Shown here: positions 45,943 through 53,286 of the stretch, piece by piece
Layout: each line of letters starts with the position of its first letter
How positions within the stretch are numbered: the stretch's first letter is position 1
From: Gemmatimonadales bacterium
GTDB taxonomy: Bacteria > Gemmatimonadota > Gemmatimonadetes > Gemmatimonadales > GWC2-71-9
Reading direction: 5' to 3'
NCBI GenBank assembly: GCA_035501775.1
Contig: DATJVM010000034.1
Coordinates: 44,651-108,650, forward strand
Length of the DNA: 64,000 bases
Notes under the pieces: generated by a model
The model's input: only the letters and a program-made list of their open reading frames with translations
Told to the model about the DNA's origin: nothing
The model's database searches: none
Made by a program: the position numbers and the translations under genes

Positions 45943-46884
45943 CTACTCGCGGAGCGCCGCCAGAAGCCGGACCAGGCGTTGGTCGCGGGCCTCGCGCAGC
46001 TCCGTGGTGTGCCGGGAGTAGGCGCGGTCCACGAGCCGGATCAGTCGCTTCTGGTCCTCCGGGCCAAGCTGCTTCCAGTCGGCGAGTCCCTTCCAGATTT
46101 CCTCGTAGGTCCCGAGCATCTTGGCCACGAACACGTCCACGCCCCACTCGCCGGCGGCCAGGTGCTGTTCCAGGTGCGGCCCCGCCGCCACCCAGCCGAG
46201 GGCTGGCCCCACCGAGACGGCCCGGTCCACGTCCTCCACATCGAGCACTCCATCCACCACCAGCTGGATGCACTCGCGCCACAGTGCGGCGGTGAGCCGG
46301 GCGGTGATGTTGCCCGGCACTTCCTTCTTGAAGACGATGGGTGCCCGGCCGAGGAGGCTCAGCCAGAAGCGGACGTCCTCCACGCAGGCCGGGTCGGTGT
46401 GCGGGCTCGGGACTACCTCGACGAGGGGAATCAGCTCGACGGGGTCGAGCGGGTGAGCCACCATGAACCGGTCCGGTCGCTCGAGCCGGCTCGAGAGGAT
46501 GCTCGGACCCAGGCCGCTGGAGCTGCTGGTGATGATCGCCGCCTGGCGGGCCACCTTCTCCGACTGCTGGAGGGCCTTGAGCTTGGTGGGCAGGTCCTCG
46601 TGGACCGCTTCGATGATCCAGTTGGCCTCGGAGACAGCCTGGAGGAGGCTCCGCCCGATCCGCATCTGGCTCAGGGCCTCCTCCGCCACCATCGCTTCGG
46701 CGCGCTTGAGGCGGACCAGGGCCACCACGCGGTCGCCGATGGCATCCGCGGCGGGATTGAGGACCTCGGCGTCAGCGTCGTAGATGGTGACGGGCCATCC
46801 GGCCGCCACCGCGAGCGCCGCCCAGCCCCGGCCGATCTCCCCGGCCCCAACGATAGCGACACGCGGCGTTTCGAAGCGAGTCAT
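45943..46884 (-). CDS. 3-hydroxyacyl-CoA dehydrogenase-family protein
   Basis: VAIVGAGEIGRGWA Rossmann motif and a C-terminal 3HCDH-like domain. Confidence 0.8.
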   Translation of the reverse strand: MTRFETPRVAIVGAGEIGRGWAALAVAAGWPVTIYDADAEVLNPAADAIGDRVVALVRLKRAEAMVAEEALSQMRIGRSLLQAVSEANWIIEAVHEDLPTKLKALQQSEKVARQAAIITSSSSGLGPSILSSRLERPDRFMVAHPLDPVELIPLVEVVPSPHTDPACVEDVRFWLSLLGRAPIVFKKEVPGNITARLTAALWRECIQLVVDGVLDVEDVDRAVSVGPALGWVAAGPHLEQHLAAGEWGVDVFVAKMLGTYEEIWKGLADWKQLGPEDQKRLIRLVDRAYSRHTTELREARDQRLVRLLAALRE

Positions 46885-46963
46885 GGTGTGGCTCTACGAT
46901 AACGGCGAAGCTGCGGCGCGCCAAGCACGTGTAGATTGCGCTCCACAGCGCTACCAGGTGCAT

Positions 46964-47800
46964 ATGCTCCACACCGCCATCCTTCTTTCCATCAGCTTTG
47001 CAGTCCCGCAGCAGTCGGGTCCGGCTCCCCGACCCGAGCCGATCGCCATCGAACGGCGGGTGGCGGAGCGGCTGGGGCTCCGGGTGGGCGACACGGTCTC
47101 GGTCGGGCTCGAGGTGAACCGGCTTGAAGCCCGGGCGGTGGTGGCTGCCATCTACGAGCCCACCGCCGACCCCTCCGCCGTGGCGCGACGCGACCTCACG
47201 GCGCGGTTTCACCTGCCTTACCTCGCGCGCCTCCTCGGAGCGCCGGACCGGGTGGACCGCTTCGCCATCGCGGTCGACTCCGGGGTGGAGCCTGCCGTGG
47301 CGGCTGGTGTGCTCAACCGGGCGGCCTTCGGCTTCCGCGCGTTTCCGTCCCGGGAGATTGCCAGCGAGTCGTCCGAGACCTTCCGCGTGGTAGACCGCTT
47401 TCACCGGGCCATCGGCGTGATCTCGGTGGTGGCCAGCGCGATCTTTCTCCTCTGCATCATGCTGCTCAAGGTGGAGGAACGCCGGGTCGACGCGGCCGTC
47501 ATGCGGCTCACCGGAATCAGCCGCCGCACCGTCTTTCTGGCCCTGCTCATCGAGGCGGTCCTGATCGCGACGGTCGGATCGGTAATGGGAGTCGCGCTAG
47601 CGGAGGCCGCGAGCGCCACGACCAATGCCTACTACCAGCGCTTCTTCGATACCACACTGGTGTTTTCGATCATCACCTCCGGCATCCTCCGTTTCAGCGT
47701 GGCGCTCTCCATCGGCCTCGGCCTCCTCGCCGGCGCCCTGGCCGCGCGGCGCCTGGTGAAGACCGCGCCGATGGTGCTGTGGGGGAGGGGAGCAGAGTGA
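46964..47800 (+). CDS. short FtsX/MacB-type ABC permease
   Basis: N-terminal anchor MLHTAILLSISFAV, a small ectodomain, and a C-terminal FtsX-like three-helix bundle (VISVVASAIFLLCIMLL...VGSVMGVALA...LGLLAGALAA). Confidence 0.7.
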   Translation: MLHTAILLSISFAVPQQSGPAPRPEPIAIERRVAERLGLRVGDTVSVGLEVNRLEARAVVAAIYEPTADPSAVARRDLTARFHLPYLARLLGAPDRVDRFAIAVDSGVEPAVAAGVLNRAAFGFRAFPSREIASESSETFRVVDRFHRAIGVISVVASAIFLLCIMLLKVEERRVDAAVMRLTGISRRTVFLALLIEAVLIATVGSVMGVALAEAASATTNAYYQRFFDTTLVFSIITSGILRFSVALSIGLGLLAGALAARRLVKTAPMVLWGRGAE

Positions 47801-47929
47801 GAAGTGAGAGGTGAGAAGTGAGAGGTGAGCGGTGAGCGGGAGCAGCGTTAACCGCAGCGTCCAGCGTTCAGCTTTCAGGGCGTGGTCCTGCCCTGTTCTG
47901 CTGATGGCTGACGGCTGATGGCTGACGGC
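47797..47929. repeat. mosaic heptamer repeat: H1 (GTGAGMR x6) - H2 (CAGCGTY x3) - hairpin - H3 (TGAYGGC x4)
   Basis: Read directly from the sequence. The first unit contains the upstream stop codon (47798-47800). The hairpin is CAGGGC/GCCCTG at 47876-47895. The last unit ends 2 nt before GTG 47932. Confidence 0.9.
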
Positions 47930-47931
47930 TA

Positions 47932-49128
47932 GTGTCCACCGGCTTCCGTCTCAGTATCCGGAATCTCATGCGGCATCGGGTTCGAACCGTCCTGGCCGTG
48001 GCAGGGGTCGCGGTGACCACCGCGATGCTCCTCGACATGGTGCTCCTGGCCGGAGGCATCGAACGGTCCTTCACCCGCCTCCTCGAGGGGAGAGGATTCC
48101 AGATCCGGGTCTCGCCCAAGGGCACTCTGCCGTTCGATACCGAGGCGACGATTCCGGACGCCGCGGGGGTTCGACGCCGGATCGCCGCCGACAGCGCGGT
48201 GGTCGCGGTAGGGCCGGTGCTCGCCACGTCGCTCTACGCCCGCCATGGGGACTCGCTGGTGACGCTCTTCGGCTACGGCATCGATCCCACCGCCCAGGCC
48301 ATCTACGAGGTGGAGCGGGGCCGCGATCTCGGGCCCGACGACTCGACCGGGGTGCTGCTCAGCGTTCCGGTGGCGGAGCGATTCGGCCTCGTACCGGGCG
48401 ACACTCTGATCCTGCAGAGCCGGCTCGATCCCGAGGCTGTCCGGGCGGCGGTGTCCCGGCGCCTGGTGGTGCGCGGGATCGTGCGCTGGCTCTACGACTA
48501 CAAGGGCCAGCCGTCGGTCGGGACCATCGTGACCGTCCTGCAGGATCTCGCGGGGCTCCGCGCGGGCGACCGGGTATCGGCCTTTGCCGTGAAGGTCCGC
48601 ACCGACGCCGAAGCGGCCGCCGCGACCGAACGCCTCAGGAGCGCCCTGCCGAGGCTCGAGGTCAACAGCATCGCCGACTTCGTCCGGCGCTTCCGGGAAC
48701 GGCTGGTGTACTTCAGACAGGTGTCCTACATCATCGGCTCGATCAGCCTGATCGTGACGGTCCTCCTCCTCTCCACCCTCCTCTCGATCACGGTGAATGA
48801 GCGGCGGGGGGAGATCGCCACGCTGCGTGCGATCGGCGTGGCGCGTGGCACGATCGTAGGGGGCGTGATGCTCGAGGGCGCCCTCCTCACCCTGGTGGGT
48901 GGCGCCCTGGGTGCGGCCTTGGGCGCCGTGACGGCGACCTACCTCGACCGCATCCTCACCGCCTTTCCGGGGCTCCCGGCATCGATCTCCTTCTTCGTTC
49001 CGGATCCCCAGAGTCTTACCCTCGCCGGAGCTTTGCTGGTGGCGACCGGTGTCCTCGCCGGGGCCTATCCCGCGCTCCTCGCCGCCCGGGCGCCGATCGC
49101 GGCCACGCTCCGCGCGGAGGCGACGTGA
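47932..49128 (+). CDS. FtsX/MacB-type ABC permease
   Basis: FRLSIRNLMRHRVRTVLAVAGVAV TM1, a roughly 230-aa ectodomain, and a C-terminal FtsX domain. Confidence 0.85.
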   Translation: MSTGFRLSIRNLMRHRVRTVLAVAGVAVTTAMLLDMVLLAGGIERSFTRLLEGRGFQIRVSPKGTLPFDTEATIPDAAGVRRRIAADSAVVAVGPVLATSLYARHGDSLVTLFGYGIDPTAQAIYEVERGRDLGPDDSTGVLLSVPVAERFGLVPGDTLILQSRLDPEAVRAAVSRRLVVRGIVRWLYDYKGQPSVGTIVTVLQDLAGLRAGDRVSAFAVKVRTDAEAAAATERLRSALPRLEVNSIADFVRRFRERLVYFRQVSYIIGSISLIVTVLLLSTLLSITVNERRGEIATLRAIGVARGTIVGGVMLEGALLTLVGGALGAALGAVTATYLDRILTAFPGLPASISFFVPDPQSLTLAGALLVATGVLAGAYPALLAARAPIAATLRAEAT

Positions 49129-49838
49129 GCGGGCTCCTCACCGCGGTTGGCCTTCGCAAGGACTACCCGATGAACGGGGAGGTGGTGCACGCGCTCCGGG
49201 GCGTCTCTCTCACCATAGAGCGGGGCGAGTACGTGGCCGTGGTGGGGCCCTCGGGCTCCGGCAAATCCACGCTGCTGCAGCTCCTGGGGGGGATCGACTC
49301 TCCGACGGCGGGCAGCGTCCACCTCGACGGGGTGCACCTCGAAGCTCTCTCGGACCGGGAACTCACCCGCATCCGCCTTACCCGGATCGGGTTCGTCTTC
49401 CAGCGGTTTCATCTGCTTCCCGTGCTCACTGCTCTGGAGAACGTCGAGCTTCCCATGGCGGAGGCGGGGCTCGCCAGAGCCGAGCGGCGCGCGCGGGCCC
49501 GGGAGCTGCTCCGCTACGTTGGGCTGGAGAGCCGCGTGAGTCACCGGCCCACGGCGCTCTCCGGCGGCGAGATGCAGCGGGTAGCGATTGCCCGGGCGCT
49601 CGCCAATCGCCCTGCCATGATCCTGGCCGATGAGCCGACCGGCGAGCTCGACGCGGCGACGGGGCACACTATCCTCTCGCTGTTCCGGCGCCTGCACGAC
49701 GATGGTGCCACGCTGGTGGTGGTGACCCATGATGAGCATCTGGCGCGCGAGGCGGGCCGCGTGGTCCAGATGCTGGACGGGAGGATGGTGGCCGACCCCT
49801 CCGGCATCGCGCCCGAGCAGGTGGCAGACGGATGCTGA
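49125..49838 (+). CDS. ABC transporter ATP-binding protein (MacB/LolD-type)
   Basis: Walker A GPSGSGKST, signature LSGGEMQR, Walker B ILADEPTGELD; GTGA overlap with the permease. Confidence 0.9.
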   Translation: MSGLLTAVGLRKDYPMNGEVVHALRGVSLTIERGEYVAVVGPSGSGKSTLLQLLGGIDSPTAGSVHLDGVHLEALSDRELTRIRLTRIGFVFQRFHLLPVLTALENVELPMAEAGLARAERRARARELLRYVGLESRVSHRPTALSGGEMQRVAIARALANRPAMILADEPTGELDAATGHTILSLFRRLHDDGATLVVVTHDEHLAREAGRVVQMLDGRMVADPSGIAPEQVADGC

Positions 49839-51286
49839 TCGTCCTTGCGGTGCGTCATCTCCTGGTCCACAAGGGGCGATCCCTCCTGCTTCTCCTTGGC
49901 TACGGCCTGGGCGTGGCGGTGATGGTGGTACTGCTCTCCGTCGGCGCGGCGATGCTCGAGCAGTCGCGCGACGTCGCCCTGGTGGGCGGTGGCGAGGTGA
50001 CGGTGCTGCCGCTCGGCATCGACGTCGAGGCGATTCGCACCGGCGGAGCGAGCGGCATGTTCTTCGGCATCGACCGGGCACGCTTTCTCACGCGGCAGCT
50101 CCTGGGGGGCCCGCGCCATGCGGGGGTGATGCGGGCGGTGAGCCCGACCATCGAGAACAAGCTGGTCTATCTTGGCGCGCACGGTCGGGTCGTTCCGGTG
50201 CGTGCCGGTGCCGAGCTTCCGAGCCGGGCCCGCGCCGTTGGCGCCGGGCTGCCGGTTCGGGAAGGGACGTGGCAGGACCAGGCCGAAGACTCCGCCTGGT
50301 TCGCGCCGACCCGGCAGGAGCTGTACGACGAGTTGGATCACTTCCACCTGCCGCCGGTCGCGGATTCGACCTGGGCGGAGTGGCACTACTTCAACGTCAC
50401 TGTGGGGCCCAACGAGTGGTGGTACCTGACCTATCTGGTCGCGGGTCAGGTGATGCGAGGCCGCTGGGGCGGCCAGCTGCTCGTGTCGCATCGCAAGCCT
50501 GACGGTGGTTACGACCGGTGGGTCGAGCCCGTCGCGGCGGATGTCATATCTCTGGATACCGCCCGGGCTGACCTGGCCCTGGGCCGGAGCGGAGTGCGGC
50601 AGGAGGATGGAGTCTATCGTCTGCGGGGTCAGGCGACGGGGCCCGCTGGCGCGCTTTCGTTCCAGCTGGCGCTCACCCCCGACGCCAATCGCTACTTCCC
50701 TCCCGCCGATCTCCGGGAGGGAGCCCTGGTCTCGGGGTATGTGGTGCCGGCCCTCAGCGGGCGGGTATCGGGCGAGATCTGCCTGCGGGGGCGGTGCAAG
50801 GCGCTTCACTCCGTACCCGGCTACCACGATCACAACTGGGGCGTCTGGCGTGGCGTCACCTGGGACTGGGGCGCCGCGCGCGGGAAGAGACTGGATCTGC
50901 TCTATGGCGCGGTCTACGCTCCGGACGACACCCTGTTCAGCGGGACCACGGCGCCGCGGATACTGGTGGCAGTCGTCGACTCCCTCGGCGTGCGCCAGAT
51001 CCTCCGGGCCAGAACGATCGCATATCACGGCGGCACGGTTCCGACGGCCTTCTCCTTCGTCGCCTCGCGGGACGACGACACCCTTCGGGTCAGCGCCAAG
51101 GTAGCCGACTATCAGGTCACGCAGCGCGGTTCGGCCGGCCGGGCACAGCACTTTCTGCAGATGCGGGGGACGTTCGAGGTCGAGGGGACGATCGCCGGTG
51201 AGGCGGTGAGAGACGAGGGAGAGGGGTTCTTTGAGACGTATGTGGGGTCAGCCATCAGCCGTCAGCCATTAGCCGTTAGCCGTTAG
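49832..51286 (+). CDS. membrane-anchored protein: FtsX-like N-terminal TM/ectodomain fragment fused to an AttH/CrtC-like lipocalin-type domain
   Basis: The N-terminus VRHLLVHKGRSLLLLLGYGLGVAVMVV resembles FtsX TM1. The middle has AEWHYFNV...NEWWYLTY, reminiscent of AttH/CrtC. The last 12 codons lie in the heptamer array. Confidence 0.55.
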   Translation: MLIVLAVRHLLVHKGRSLLLLLGYGLGVAVMVVLLSVGAAMLEQSRDVALVGGGEVTVLPLGIDVEAIRTGGASGMFFGIDRARFLTRQLLGGPRHAGVMRAVSPTIENKLVYLGAHGRVVPVRAGAELPSRARAVGAGLPVREGTWQDQAEDSAWFAPTRQELYDELDHFHLPPVADSTWAEWHYFNVTVGPNEWWYLTYLVAGQVMRGRWGGQLLVSHRKPDGGYDRWVEPVAADVISLDTARADLALGRSGVRQEDGVYRLRGQATGPAGALSFQLALTPDANRYFPPADLREGALVSGYVVPALSGRVSGEICLRGRCKALHSVPGYHDHNWGVWRGVTWDWGAARGKRLDLLYGAVYAPDDTLFSGTTAPRILVAVVDSLGVRQILRARTIAYHGGTVPTAFSFVASRDDDTLRVSAKVADYQVTQRGSAGRAQHFLQMRGTFEVEGTIAGEAVRDEGEGFFETYVGSAISRQPLAVSR

Positions 51287-51820
51287 CCGTTAGCCATTGG
51301 CCGTTAGCCATTAGCCGTTAGCCATTAGCCGTTAGCCATTAGCCGTTAGCCATTAGCCGTTAGGTGGACCCCGCGCGGATTCACCCTGCACGCTGGACGC
51401 CGTTGTCCTCGCCCGGCCCGCGGCCGAAGCCGCGGCTCGGCCTGCCTGTCGCTTAAGCGACGGGGCAGCCGTTAGGCGTTAGCCGTCAGTCGTCAGCCGT
51501 CAGCCGTCAGTCGTCAGCCGTCAGCCATTAGCCATTAGCCGTTAGGTGGACCCCGCGCGGATTCACCCTGTACGCTGGACGCTGTTGTCCTCGCCCGGCC
51601 CGCGGCTGAAGCCGCGGCTCGGCCTGCCTGTCGCTTAAGCGACGGGGCAGCCGTTAGGCGTTAGCCGTCAGTCGTCAGTCGTCAGCCGTCAGCCGTCAGC
51701 CGGACCTTGCCTCGGCTCACCCTGTACGCTGAACGCTGTACGCTGAACACTGCTGTTCCCGCTCACCGCTCACCGCTCACATCTCACCTCTCACGTCTCA
51801 CTTCTCACTTCTCACTTCAC
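51251..51820. repeat. 570-bp mosaic repeat block: H3' arrays (16, 11 and 7 units) interleaved with two 105-nt structured cores (182-bp period), then H2' (x4) and H1' (x8)
   Basis: Hand-counted. The cores at 51363-51467 and 51545-51649 differ at 3 positions. Each contains the hairpins CCGCGGC-YGAA-GCCGCGG and CTGCCTGTCGC-TTAA-GCGACGGGGCAG. Confidence 0.9.
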
Positions 51821-53286
51821 AACCCCACCCTCACACTGACCGCCCCCGTGTAATAGTGATACGCCCCGGTCGCGCTGCTGATGGCGCTGTTCGAGATGCC
51901 GCCCGAGAGGGCTAGCTCGTTCGCGACCCCCCAGTGGCGGGCGATGCGGAGGTCGCCATGCCATTCCGCCTCGGTGCCGGCGCCGTTTGCGACTTCCTCG
52001 ATCCCAAGGCCGGCGGCGAGCCGCCCTTCCCAGCGTCCCAGGCGGCGGGCGTAGGTGCCGCGCACCTCGCCCAGCAGGAAGCGATCCGGCGAGAAATAGC
52101 CGTTGCCCCTGAAGTCGTACCAGAGCCCGCGACCATAGGCTCCGACCGTGAGCTGACCATTCAGCCGCTCGGTGAGGGCCAGGACCAGCGAGCGGCGGTG
52201 GTTGTTGTCCGAGAGGTAGCCCAGCCCTCCGCCGACTCCCAGGGTGAGCCGCTGGGCCAGAACCGCATCGGCGTCGGCGGTGACCTCGTTGATATCGAGC
52301 CGGTCGGAGAGGAGAAAGGCGGTCTCGTCTATCGTGTAGTGAGCGAACCCGGCATCCACTCCAGCCCACGACGCCAACCGGTAACTCGCGCCGAGGCGAA
52401 TGGTCGCAAGGGCGCGGCTGAATCCCGAGTCAGCGCTGAGCTTCCGCACGCCAACCGCGGCGGTCACGCTTCCATCTCCGCGGTTGAGGGTGGCTCCCGC
52501 CTCCGCCGAAACGCGGGTTCCACTGCGGAGCGGATCTCCGGCCTCGAAGCTCCCCACCGTGGCGAACCCGCGTAGTCCGGGCCCGATGAGAAGCGAGGTG
52601 CCGAGGCTCTGCCACCAGACGGTGTTGTGATCGGAATCGTGGGCGAGTCCGAAGGTGGCCTCGAGGTCCGGCCGCCGGAGGGCGCGGAGCTCGGGCTCCA
52701 GCTTGAGGGCATCCGGGTCCTGGGGGGACGCGAGGAGCGCCATGCCGTTGTACCGATCGGCTTCCTCGGGGCGGCCCTGCCACATGCGGAGCCGGGCCAG
52801 CGCGACCAGCGCTTCCGTGTCCTTCGGGTCCTTCTCCAGGAGCGCCCGCAAGGCGCGGTCCGCCTCGGTGTAGCGTCCCCACCAGGCGAGGGCCTGCGCG
52901 CGCCCGAAGCGCGGGTCGCGCTGATCGGGGTTTTCGGCGATGAGCGAGTCATACCGCGCCACGGCGCCACGGTAGTCCCCGTTCCACGCGAGGATCTTCG
53001 CCTCCCAGAGGCGCACATCCGGATCCTTGGGCTCGACCTCGCGCGCGTCGCGAAGCAGCGCCAGCGCGGAATCGAGGTTCCCGTCCCATCCTTCCAGGAT
53101 CGCCAGGCGGAAGAGAGCCCGCACCGAGCCAGGGTTCTCATGCAGTACCTGGGTGTAGGCGGCGCGCGCTTCCGGGTACTTGCCAGCGGCCCAGAGCGAA
53201 TCCGCCACGTGAGTCTGCGCGGCGAGCGGCAGGGCGCCGAGCCAGAGGCCGATCACCATCACCAAGCGTTGCCCGCGCCGGGTCAC
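51817..53286 (-). CDS. TPR-repeat protein fused to a predicted outer-membrane beta-barrel (YaiO/PgaA-like architecture)
   Basis: Signal-like VIGLWLGALPLAAQ, about 6 TPR-like repeats, and a C-terminal half with alternating-hydrophobic beta-strand pattern. GTG at 53286 overlaps the upstream stop (GTGA). Confidence 0.6.
   Translation of the reverse strand: MTRRGQRLVMVIGLWLGALPLAAQTHVADSLWAAGKYPEARAAYTQVLHENPGSVRALFRLAILEGWDGNLDSALALLRDAREVEPKDPDVRLWEAKILAWNGDYRGAVARYDSLIAENPDQRDPRFGRAQALAWWGRYTEADRALRALLEKDPKDTEALVALARLRMWQGRPEEADRYNGMALLASPQDPDALKLEPELRALRRPDLEATFGLAHDSDHNTVWWQSLGTSLLIGPGLRGFATVGSFEAGDPLRSGTRVSAEAGATLNRGDGSVTAAVGVRKLSADSGFSRALATIRLGASYRLASWAGVDAGFAHYTIDETAFLLSDRLDINEVTADADAVLAQRLTLGVGGGLGYLSDNNHRRSLVLALTERLNGQLTVGAYGRGLWYDFRGNGYFSPDRFLLGEVRGTYARRLGRWEGRLAAGLGIEEVANGAGTEAEWHGDLRIARHWGVANELALSGGISNSAISSATGAYHYYTGAVSVRVGL

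Noticed and set aside
51251-51820. Possible CRISPR array.
   Set aside because: The units are 7 nt with no spacers. The only longer periodicity (182 bp) has two copies whose intervening sequence is itself heptamer repeat. No cas genes are in the window.
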